30,209 bases of DNA, from positions 140,161 to 170,369 of the forward strand of contig CALEDQ010000018.1 in NCBI GenBank assembly GCA_937949615.1, written 5' to 3'. Source of the stretch: an uncultured bacterium. Lineage in GTDB: Bacteria > Muiribacteriota > Ozemobacteria > Ozemobacterales > Ozemobacteraceae. The notes under the pieces were generated by a model. That model worked only from the letters and a program-made list of their open reading frames with translations, had not been told where the DNA came from and ran no database searches. A program made the translations under genes and the position numbers. Shown piece after piece: positions 23,320 through 30,209 of this stretch. Numbering within the stretch: position 1 is the first letter of the stretch; the number at the start of each line of letters is the position of its first letter.

Positions 23320-26300
23320 TCACTGGCGCTGGTCTTCGGGCACGAGCCAGCGGCGCATCAGATGGTAAATTACCGGCATCAGAATCAGCGTCATGATCGT
23401 TGAAACGAACAAACCGCCGATAACGCTCAGACCGATCGGCACCCAGACTTCTGAACCGTCGCCGGTAGACATGGCCATCGGTACCATACCGAGAGCGGTA
23501 GTGCAGGTAGTCGACAGCACCGGGCGCAGACGGTTTTTACCGGCGTCAATGAGAGCCTGACTGAGATGCACGCCGCGGCGGATCAGCATATTGATGTAGC
23601 TGATCAGAACGATACCGTTGTTAACGACGATGCCGATGAGAATTATGAAACCGAGCAGTGACACGACCGAAATACGGTTACCGGTAATTACCAGCAGCTG
23701 AATCGCGCCCATGAAACCGAACGGAATACTGAGAAAGATGATGAACGGTGCCAGCAGCGACTCGAACTGCGAAGCCATGACCATGTAAACGAGAATCATG
23801 CCGAGCACGGCAGCCTGCAGCATCAGCAGAAAGGATTCGACGCGTTCTTTTTCGTTGCCGCTGAACTCCCAGCTGAACCCCGGGGGCACCGGAACGGTCT
23901 TCATGATTTCGGCGGCCCTGGCGATGACGGTACCCGGGTCGGTGTTGAACACCTGACCGCTGATTTTGATGTAGCGCTGCTGCTCTGAGCGCTCGATACG
24001 GGTCGGACCAATCGTCTGTATAATGTTGGCCAGATTGCTCAATCTAACAGGCTCGTTAGTCGGGGTCAGCATGCTTACCTGATCGAGATCCTTGAGGTTC
24101 AGGCGGTCTTCGGCGCGCAGTCGCACTTCGACGTCGTATTCCTCACCGCCTTCGCGGTATTTGACGGTTTTGTCACCGCTGAAATAAAGCTCGATCGCCC
24201 GCGCCACATCGGTAACATTGAGGCCGAGAGACGAGACTTTTTCGCGATCGACTTTTACCTGCAGCTCAGGTTTCGCCAGTTTCTGGCTTATTTCGATATC
24301 TTTCAGGTTTTCGATCTGGCCGAGAGCCTTGACGATACTGCGGGCGAAGGTTACGCCCTGGTCGAGATCATGCCCGAAAATGTCGATCGAAAAATCTGAG
24401 CTGGCACCCATGATCATCTCACCGATCGGGTCAGAGGTGGTAAACCTGATGATCGCACCAGGAATTTTGTCGGTATATGGCCTGACCCGGCTGATAATGT
24501 CTTTAGCACTGGCAGCACGGGTATTTTTCGAAGTCAGCACCATCTCAACCTTACCGGTATTAGAGGCTTTCTTCGGGTTGAACATTACCTGCTCAGCCGA
24601 TTCGCCAACGCCGAAGGTGATGACGCATGATTTCATTTCGGGAACGTGCTCTTTGAGAATGTCATAAATCTGCATGCAGACGTTGCGGGTCTCTTCAAAG
24701 CGTGTACCGGTCGGCAGTTCGACCTCCATAAAAAGGAAACCCTGGTCCTGTTGCGGCATATATTCGACGCCGACGAGAGGAATCAGGGCCAGCGAAAATA
24801 TGAACAGCGCAACCAGCCCGGCGAGCACTTTCCAGCGATTGCGCAGCGCTTTTTTAAGGAAACTGCCGTAAGCCTCTTCGAGTCTTTCAAGCAGACGCCC
24901 GGAAACCGCAAAAGGCTTGTATTCGCGCAGATCACCGGTTCTGAGGAATTTAGAACACAACATTGGTGTCAGAAGCAATGCCGAAAACAGCGATGCAATC
25001 AGAGCCATGGTCACGATGGTAGCCAGCTGCCCGAAAATAATTTTGGTGATACCGGTGGTGAAAATAATCGGCAGGAAAATGGCAACCGTGGTCAGCGTCG
25101 AGGCGACAACTGCCGAACCCATCTCAGCCGCGCCCCAGATTGCGCTTTCGCGTGGGGTTACCCCTCTTTCGGCATAGCGTTTGACGTTGTCAAGAATGAC
25201 GATCGAGTTGTCAACGACCATGCCGACCGCAATCGCCAGACTCGACATCGAAATCTGATTGATTGTGTAATCGTTGAGATACATCAGCAGAAAGGTGATG
25301 ATCAACGAAGTTGGCACCGAGACACTGATGATCAGACTGGCGCGCAGATCTCTGATAAAGAAAAGAATTACGAAGAAAACGCCGATGCCGCCCATGAACA
25401 GAGCACTTTTCAGGTTATCCACGGTACTTCTGATAAAATTGGCCGAATCGAAAAACTCATGGATCTTTACGTCTGCAGGCAGTTGCGCCTGAATGGCGGG
25501 CAAAGCCTCTTTTACGGCCCGTGAAACTGCGACGGTGTTGCCACCCGACTGCTTCTGCACGATAACGCCGATTGCCGGCTTGCCGTTCATGAGAAAATCT
25601 TCGGTTTTTTCGCCAAAACTGTCTTCGACAGTGGCAATATCTTTTAAACGCACGATGCCGGCGTGTTTTGCAATTACGACGTTGCCGATTTCCTCGACCG
25701 AAGAAAATTCGCCCGGGGTGCGGATCAGAAAATCCATGCTGCCTGATTTGATATGACCACCAGGGTTGCTGAGATTATGCAGATGCAGGGCCTGCACGAT
25801 CTGCTGTCCGGTAATGCCGGTAGCCTTGAGACGCTCACGGTTGAGCTGCACTCTGATCATGCGTTTCAGGCCACCTTCAGCAAGGGCAGTCGCGACGCCC
25901 GGCAGTCTTTTAAGGTTGTCGACAATCTTTTTGTCGACGATACGGTCGAGTTTTTCCCAGCTTTCGTTGGCGGTAACCCCGAGAACGACTACCGGAATCA
26001 TGCTCATATCGAACTTCATGATCACCGGGTCTTCGGCATTATCGGGCAGACGCTTGCGGATCAGGTCGATCTGTTCACGAATGTCGTTGGTGGCTTCAGC
26101 CAGATCGGTGCCCCAATCGAATTTAACGCTGATCAGCGATATGCCTTCCATCGACGCAGACGTCACCTTGTCGACGTTCTGAACCGTCGAAACGCGTTCT
26201 TCGATGAGTTCGGTGATGCGGGTCTCGATTTCCTGCGGGCCGGCCCCGGAATAGGCAGTAATAACCGAAACGACCGGAATATCCATCTCAGGCATCAGAT

Positions 26301-26403
26301 CGATGCCGACGCGGGTATATGAAAAGGCCCCGAGAATGACGATAGCAATGAAGATCATGCTGGTCGTTACCGGCCAGCGAACCCCGAATTCAGAGAGTTT
26401 CAT
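23320..26403 (-). CDS. RND-superfamily efflux transporter permease (AcrB/CzcA-type, 12 TM, two large periplasmic loops)
   Basis: 1027 aa. Has characteristic blocks PVVSVITAYSGAGPQEIE, AIAVGMVVDNSIVILDNVKR and the C-terminal repeat of the same fold. The start overlaps the MFP stop (ATGA). Confidence 0.9.
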   Translation of the reverse strand: MKLSEFGVRWPVTTSMIFIAIVILGAFSYTRVGIDLMPEMDIPVVSVITAYSGAGPQEIETRITELIEERVSTVQNVDKVTSASMEGISLISVKFDWGTDLAEATNDIREQIDLIRKRLPDNAEDPVIMKFDMSMIPVVVLGVTANESWEKLDRIVDKKIVDNLKRLPGVATALAEGGLKRMIRVQLNRERLKATGITGQQIVQALHLHNLSNPGGHIKSGSMDFLIRTPGEFSSVEEIGNVVIAKHAGIVRLKDIATVEDSFGEKTEDFLMNGKPAIGVIVQKQSGGNTVAVSRAVKEALPAIQAQLPADVKIHEFFDSANFIRSTVDNLKSALFMGGIGVFFVILFFIRDLRASLIISVSVPTSLIITFLLMYLNDYTINQISMSSLAIAVGMVVDNSIVILDNVKRYAERGVTPRESAIWGAAEMGSAVVASTLTTVAIFLPIIFTTGITKIIFGQLATIVTMALIASLFSALLLTPMLCSKFLRTGDLREYKPFAVSGRLLERLEEAYGSFLKKALRNRWKVLAGLVALFIFSLALIPLVGVEYMPQQDQGFLFMEVELPTGTRFEETRNVCMQIYDILKEHVPEMKSCVITFGVGESAEQVMFNPKKASNTGKVEMVLTSKNTRAASAKDIISRVRPYTDKIPGAIIRFTTSDPIGEMIMGASSDFSIDIFGHDLDQGVTFARSIVKALGQIENLKDIEISQKLAKPELQVKVDREKVSSLGLNVTDVARAIELYFSGDKTVKYREGGEEYDVEVRLRAEDRLNLKDLDQVSMLTPTNEPVRLSNLANIIQTIGPTRIERSEQQRYIKISGQVFNTDPGTVIARAAEIMKTVPVPPGFSWEFSGNEKERVESFLLMLQAAVLGMILVYMVMASQFESLLAPFIIFLSIPFGFMGAIQLLVITGNRISVVSLLGFIILIGIVVNNGIVLISYINMLIRRGVHLSQALIDAGKNRLRPVLSTTCTTALGMVPMAMSTGDGSEVWVPIGLSVIGGLFVSTIMTLILMPVIYHLMRRWLVPEDQRQ

Positions 26404-27689
26404 TTATTGCCGTCTCCTTCAGAAACCTTGACGGCGCTGCCTTCGCGAATGAATTCAAGACCCTTGGCAATGATCAGGTCACCGGGCTGCAGACCTTCGA
26501 CGACTTCGACCCGATCTTCGTCGATAATTCCTACTTTTACCTGACGCTTAACAGCGTGCCCGTTCTCAATAAGATAGGCGTAGTAATTGTTTTCGTATTT
26601 AAGCAGGGCATCACGACCGATCACCGGTTTATTCTCGCTGGTATTGATCAACAGGCTGATTTTGGCAAACATGCCGCTGCGCAGTCGCAGCTCCGGGTTC
26701 TGCAGCAGAATCTCGATGCGACCGGTACGACTGGTACTGTCTATTGCCGGGTAGATGCGCGAAACGATGCCGCGAGATTCTTCTCTTATGGCATCGACGG
26801 TTATTATCGCCGGTGTTCTGTCAGCTTCAATCAGGTAAAGGTCTTTTTCAATGATGGTTCCGATAATTTTGACGGGATTGATCTGCTCGATTCTGAAAAG
26901 AGGCGCAGTCGGGCCGGCCATGGCGCCCGGGTCGGCGTGTCTTGCAGTAATTACGCCGTCGAACGGAGCTCTGACCAGAGTATTGTCGAGCAGCACCTGC
27001 ACGGAGTTCAGATTGGCAGTTGCCTGAATCAGTTCGGCCCGGCGCATTTCGAGGGTCATTTTTGCCGATTGAATAGCATCGCCAGCACGTTTTTCTTCTG
27101 ATTTTGCAGCGGTCAAACGGGCTGTTGCCGAGTCATGCTGAGCAACGATGTCGTCGAGCTGCTGCCGTGAAATTGCACCTTCAGAGAACAGCTTTTCTAG
27201 ACGTTCTCTGGTTACCGCCAGATTTTTCAACTGAGATTCAGCAGCTTCAACACCTGCTTTTGCAGCAACGAGAGCGGATTGAGTCGTTTCAACCATAACC
27301 TTCTGCATTTCGATAGCAGCCTTTGAAACGGTCACGGCAGCCTGAGCCTGCTGCTGTTGGGCTTTCTGCACGTCGTTGTAAATCTGAGCGAGTTCCTGCC
27401 CTTTTTTCACCTTCGAACCGACATCGACGAAAATTTCGGTAATGCGCCCGGCGGCTTCGGGGTGTACATTGACGCCGAGCAACGGCAGAATGTCACCTGA
27501 GGTTTCGATACGGCGATTTATGATGCCGGTAGCCACTTTTTCTGCAAAAACAGGAACTTCCATGCCATTTTCGTTCTGGGCAGACAGGTTGGCTGGCATC
27601 AGCAAAGAGAGTGCCGCCCAAAAAAGAAGTTGCCGACACAGTTTTTTGACACCTGACTTTGAATGGTGCAATTGTTTGTTCAACATCAT
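26400..27689 (-). CDS. Efflux RND periplasmic adaptor (membrane fusion protein, HlyD-like)
   Basis: 429 aa. Has a signal/anchor at the N-terminus, a long coiled-coil hairpin region (QKAQQQQAQAAV...), beta-barrel/lipoyl motifs (VRAPFDGVITAR) and a C-terminal membrane-proximal domain. The start overlaps the OMF stop. Confidence 0.85.
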   Translation of the reverse strand: MMLNKQLHHSKSGVKKLCRQLLFWAALSLLMPANLSAQNENGMEVPVFAEKVATGIINRRIETSGDILPLLGVNVHPEAAGRITEIFVDVGSKVKKGQELAQIYNDVQKAQQQQAQAAVTVSKAAIEMQKVMVETTQSALVAAKAGVEAAESQLKNLAVTRERLEKLFSEGAISRQQLDDIVAQHDSATARLTAAKSEEKRAGDAIQSAKMTLEMRRAELIQATANLNSVQVLLDNTLVRAPFDGVITARHADPGAMAGPTAPLFRIEQINPVKIIGTIIEKDLYLIEADRTPAIITVDAIREESRGIVSRIYPAIDSTSRTGRIEILLQNPELRLRSGMFAKISLLINTSENKPVIGRDALLKYENNYYAYLIENGHAVKRQVKVGIIDEDRVEVVEGLQPGDLIIAKGLEFIREGSAVKVSEGDGNK

Positions 27690-29092
27690 CTGCTGTTCCT
27701 TTCGCCGCTGCTGTCGGCAATGAGCTCGCGGCCAAGCCGGCCGGTAGCCAGAAGATACGACAGTCTGGCCTGATGGTGCAGAAATACAGACTGAATATAC
27801 ATGAGCCTGGCGTTCGACCAGGCGGTTTCAGCGTCAAACAGGTCGACCTGGGTGAACATGCCGTTTTCGTAGCGGACTTTGGCCAGGCGCATCGTTTCTT
27901 CAGCCTGTTTAACATTCTCTTTCTGGGCGTTAACAATCTGTTCAGAGGTATTCAGGCTGAGAATCGCTTTGCGAATTTCAAGCTGCGCCTGTTCGAGGCT
28001 GTCGGCATAGCCGGTTTCGCTCTGTTTCAGACTTGATTTTGCCTCAAGAACTCTGCCTGAGCTGAAACCGGCATCAAGAACCGGCAGATTAACGGAGACA
28101 CCGGCGAGCCAGTAGCTTTTGCGTTCAAGTGAGCCGAAACCTGATTTTGAAGAGGGATCTTCGCTGCCAAACTGGCCAAAGAGAGCGACAGTCGGCTGTT
28201 TTTCGCCGCGGGCGGCAACCACAGTCTGGTTGGCGAGGCGCTTCTCATCGCGCTTTATTTTCAGATCTTCACGCAGCTGTTCGGCCTGAGCAAGGTCTGA
28301 CTCAAGATCGGGCTTAAGAATTTCGGCTTCAAGGCGGCAGCTGGTATCGAGCGCCGTTCCGAGTGGCAACGCCAGCATTTTCAGCAGTTCGAGCCGGGCA
28401 AGCTGGGCATCGTTCTGGTCTTTGAGAAAGGCGCTCTGTGTCTGCACCAGCCTGACTTCGGCACGCAGCAGTTCATATTTCGATGCCTGCTCGGCCCCGA
28501 AGCGCTTTTTAACCAGATCATAGTGTGCCTGCGCCAGTTCGAGATTCATACGTCCGACATCTTCGACTTCACGAGCATACAGCCACGAATAATAACCGAT
28601 GCTGGCAGCAAGAATCGTCTGCTGACGGGTCAGAGTGTATGATGAACCGGCAATATCGCGACCAAGTCGCGATGACCTGATGGCGGCACGATCTTTCTGA
28701 CCGAGGAAAAGCGGCTGTGAAAGCTCAAGCCAGATTTTCTGGTTATCGAGTTTGCTTAAGGCGACATTCTGACCGCCAAAATTCGCGCTAGTTATTTCGT
28801 CGAGGCGGGTCTGGGTAAGGTTGGCGCCAAGCTTCATGCCGGCAAGCGAGCGGGCCTGACGCACCTGCCCGTCGGCCTTTTCAACTGCAAAAGCCGCGTT
28901 CTGAATCGTGTGATTGTCGCGCAGAGCAATTTCAATGGCGTTTTCCAGTCTGAAGTTGCCGGTCTCAAAGGTGGCCGAGGCGGCCGGCAATGGCTTCAAG
29001 TCAGGTCCGAGCGCCTGAATTTCAGGCTGAACGGCATGTGATCCGACTGTTACAGCTACAAAAAGCGGCAGAAGCGAAGCAACCCGGCGCAT
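27686..29092 (-). CDS. Outer membrane efflux factor (TolC family)
   Basis: 468 aa. Has a signal peptide and two tandem OEP repeats with characteristic helical heptads. Its start codon shares one nucleotide with the tetR stop (TAATG). Confidence 0.85.
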   Translation of the reverse strand: MRRVASLLPLFVAVTVGSHAVQPEIQALGPDLKPLPAASATFETGNFRLENAIEIALRDNHTIQNAAFAVEKADGQVRQARSLAGMKLGANLTQTRLDEITSANFGGQNVALSKLDNQKIWLELSQPLFLGQKDRAAIRSSRLGRDIAGSSYTLTRQQTILAASIGYYSWLYAREVEDVGRMNLELAQAHYDLVKKRFGAEQASKYELLRAEVRLVQTQSAFLKDQNDAQLARLELLKMLALPLGTALDTSCRLEAEILKPDLESDLAQAEQLREDLKIKRDEKRLANQTVVAARGEKQPTVALFGQFGSEDPSSKSGFGSLERKSYWLAGVSVNLPVLDAGFSSGRVLEAKSSLKQSETGYADSLEQAQLEIRKAILSLNTSEQIVNAQKENVKQAEETMRLAKVRYENGMFTQVDLFDAETAWSNARLMYIQSVFLHHQARLSYLLATGRLGRELIADSSGERNSR

Positions 29093-29682
29093 TACTTTTC
29101 ACCTTCCCGGCTCAGAATCTTCATGATACAGGCAAGCACATCTTCAGGTCGCAGAGCCGGTTCTTGAAAATACGACATGGCGACGTTAAGATCGAACAGT
29201 CCCTGAAACATCAATGCCATCTGTCCGGAAGTAAACCGCGAAGTGAGGATTCCCTGTTTTCTCCAGTTTTCGAAAAAACGTGCCAGGCGGGCAACTGCTT
29301 TTTCAAACAGGCTGGTAAGGTGCTTGAACTGGAGATCATTGAGCTTGAGCTGCGGCCCGAGTGCCATGAACTGTTTTACCAGAGGGCCTTTTTTCTCGGC
29401 AAATTCTGCCTGCAGGGCAATAAGCTTCTTCAGACCATTTTCAAACGACAGATCAGCAGCGATAACCTTTTCGACCCTCTCTTCATAAACAGGGGCATCG
29501 TGCACCAGGCATTGAACGAAAAGCTCTTCCTTACTTCTGAAATAGGTGTAAATGGTGCCCTTGCCGACATCAGCCGCGACGGCGACTTCATCGAGTTTTA
29601 CATCATGAAAGCTTTTTTCAGAAAAAAGAGCTGTGGCAGCTTCGAGAACCGCAAGTCGTCTGTCTGGTTTTTTTCGTTGCAT
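29092..29682 (-). CDS. TetR/AcrR-family transcriptional repressor, first gene of the efflux operon
   Basis: The N-terminal HTH is RLAVLEAATALFSEKSFHDVKLDEVAVAADVGKGTIYTYFRSKEELF. A GGAGG SD lies 6 nt upstream of the ATG. Confidence 0.85.
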   Translation of the reverse strand: MQRKKPDRRLAVLEAATALFSEKSFHDVKLDEVAVAADVGKGTIYTYFRSKEELFVQCLVHDAPVYEERVEKVIAADLSFENGLKKLIALQAEFAEKKGPLVKQFMALGPQLKLNDLQFKHLTSLFEKAVARLARFFENWRKQGILTSRFTSGQMALMFQGLFDLNVAMSYFQEPALRPEDVLACIMKILSREGEK

Positions 29683-29760
29683 CAGGCGCCTCCGAAGTGT
29701 TATCAGTCAGCCAGCTGAAAAGGGAATCAACCGAACTGACCAGTCAGTCGACCTTATCTT
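29683..29760 (-). promoter_or_regulatory. tetR-operon promoter region with candidate operator: inverted repeat ACTGAC-ca-GTCAGT plus a second CTGACTG copy
   Basis: ACTGACcaGTCAGT at 29745-29758 and CAGTCAG at 29704-29710. Read on the minus strand, the IR lies just upstream of a TTGATT -35-like hexamer. The second motif overlaps the -10 region, about 25-35 nt before the SD. Confidence 0.4.
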
Positions 29761-29844
29761 TTACCCCGGCGAAAGTCAAGCTACAAAATAAATTGAAGCG
29801 CTTTATCAGTGTTCTCGCATAGCAAGTATCAAGAAATTCTGGGC

Positions 29845-30209
29845 TCAGTATGAAAAAGAAATTGAATTAGAGCTTCCAGATGGCGTGATTACAATAACAC
29901 TGACAACTCCGGAGCCGGCCGGGACGACCGCGGTTATGCTCGTTGCCGAGTTAACGGTTATAGATGTCGCGGCCGTACCGCCGAAAGTGACCGAAGTCGC
30001 ACCGGTAAAACCGGTGCCGGTAATCGTTACCGAAGCGCCAGGCGCGGCACTGCCGGGCGAGATAGAAGCAATAGCAGGTGCGGGGTAGCTGAACATCGCG
30101 GCATTCGATGTGCCCGACGGTGTAGTTACAACGACATTCAGATTAGTCCCCGAACCGGCCGGAACAACCGCGGTTATGCTCGTTGCCGAGTTAACGGTTA
30201 TAGATGTCG
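29845..30209 (-). CDS. C-terminal end of a cell-surface protein built of tandem IPT/TIG (Ig-like) domains; the gene continues beyond the right edge
   Basis: The minus-strand frame is open from 30209 to the stop at 29845. Translation gives consecutive 80-aa units (...TSITVNSATSITAVVPAGSGTNLNVVVTTPSGTSNAAMFSY / PAPAIASISPGSAAPGASVTITGTGFTGATSVTFGGTAATSITVNSATSITAVVPAGSGVVSVIVITPSGSSNSISFSY*), matching the IPT/TIG consensus. The track ORF 29845..30096 is only its last unit. Confidence 0.65.
   Translation of the reverse strand, partial: TSITVNSATSITAVVPAGSGTNLNVVVTTPSGTSNAAMFSYPAPAIASISPGSAAPGASVTITGTGFTGATSVTFGGTAATSITVNSATSITAVVPAGSGVVSVIVITPSGSSNSISFSY
29883..30209. repeat. Tandem direct repeat, 240-bp period (one IPT/TIG domain per unit), nearly identical at DNA level
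   Basis: 30123-30209 matches 29883-29969. The last 55 nt (CCGGCCGG.ACgACCGCGGTTATGCTCGTTGCCGAGTTAACGGTTATAGATGTCG) are identical apart from 2 mismatches. The repeat continues off the window. Confidence 0.8.

Noticed and set aside
24218-26322. Plus-strand ORFs of 149, 292, 86, 87, 189 and 138 aa opposite the RND permease
   Set aside because: They are antisense to a 1027-aa RND gene. They are Arg/Ser-rich with no motifs.
29761-29844. AAGCGCTT palindrome after the IPT/TIG gene stop as a terminator
   Set aside because: The palindrome is only 8 bp with no loop. A weak T-run follows. This is not enough to call a terminator or operator.
1-30209. CRISPR arrays, tRNA/rRNA genes, integrase/att sites
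   Set aside because: I found no short regularly spaced repeats, no cloverleaf-compatible segments and no rRNA-like conserved stretches on reading. The only tandem repeat is protein-coding (IPT/TIG). I saw no integrase or recombinase ORF, so the low-GC islet has no identifiable integration machinery in this window.

Overview
This is a 30.2-kb bacterial chromosomal window, about 55-58% GC by eye, with markedly lower-GC patches. The gene content (bacteriohemerythrin, rubrerythrin-like protein, class III-type PHA synthase) and the efflux and lipoprotein genes suggest a diderm, probably anaerobic, organism. I found no rRNA, tRNA or CRISPR array.

Gene content from left to right:
- 1-553: the 5' end of a class I/II PLP aminotransferase gene on the minus strand; the gene runs off the window.
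- 641-1321: a 5'-truncated Rpn/YhgA-family nuclease-transposase fragment.
- 1351-2406: a Cys-rich membrane protein with a possible papain-like peptidase tail.
- 2.6-7.9 kb: a complete polyhydroxyalkanoate module. It comprises a phasin-like gene behind a near-consensus sigma70 promoter, phaB (SDR reductase), two paralogous class III-type phaC genes flanking a 118-aa mini-phaE, and phaA (thiolase).
- 8.2-9.3 kb: a MarR regulator plus an FMN azoreductase (AzoR-like) pair.
- 9.4-14.1 kb: a low-GC islet bounded by intrinsic terminators. It holds an orphan 4-TM membrane protein, a RadC-like JAB protein translationally coupled to the C-terminal two thirds of a type I hsdR, and an hsdM 5' fragment abutting it out of frame (hsdS absent). 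The Walker A GTGKT box appears in a different frame exactly at the junction. It also holds a RelE/HigB-like toxin with an XRE antitoxin, whose promoter is embedded in a perfect 10-bp inverted repeat.
- 14.2-15.0 kb: a sugar-phosphate isomerase/epimerase TIM-barrel protein.
- 15.0-17.7 kb: an 899-aa secreted beta-propeller (two-component-regulator-propeller type) protein.
- 17.9-22.2 kb: a sensory cluster. It contains a CHASE2-PP2C phosphatase overlapping a FecR-domain lipoprotein, a secreted coiled-coil protein, and a bacteriohemerythrin fused to an unknown C-terminal domain.
- 22.4-23.2 kb: a rubrerythrin-like diiron protein and a PII-fold mini-protein.
- 23.3-29.7 kb: a tetR-OMF-MFP-RND efflux operon.
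- 29.8-30.2 kb: the 3' end of a gene built from near-identical 240-bp IPT/TIG tandem repeats, continuing beyond the window.

The most unusual items are the decayed hsdM'-'hsdR-radC arrangement inside the low-GC islet, the dual-PhaC/mini-PhaE synthase locus with a 17-bp perfect inverted repeat before phaC2, and the homogenised IPT/TIG repeats. All calls are from reading the sequence and ORF translations; no database search was possible.
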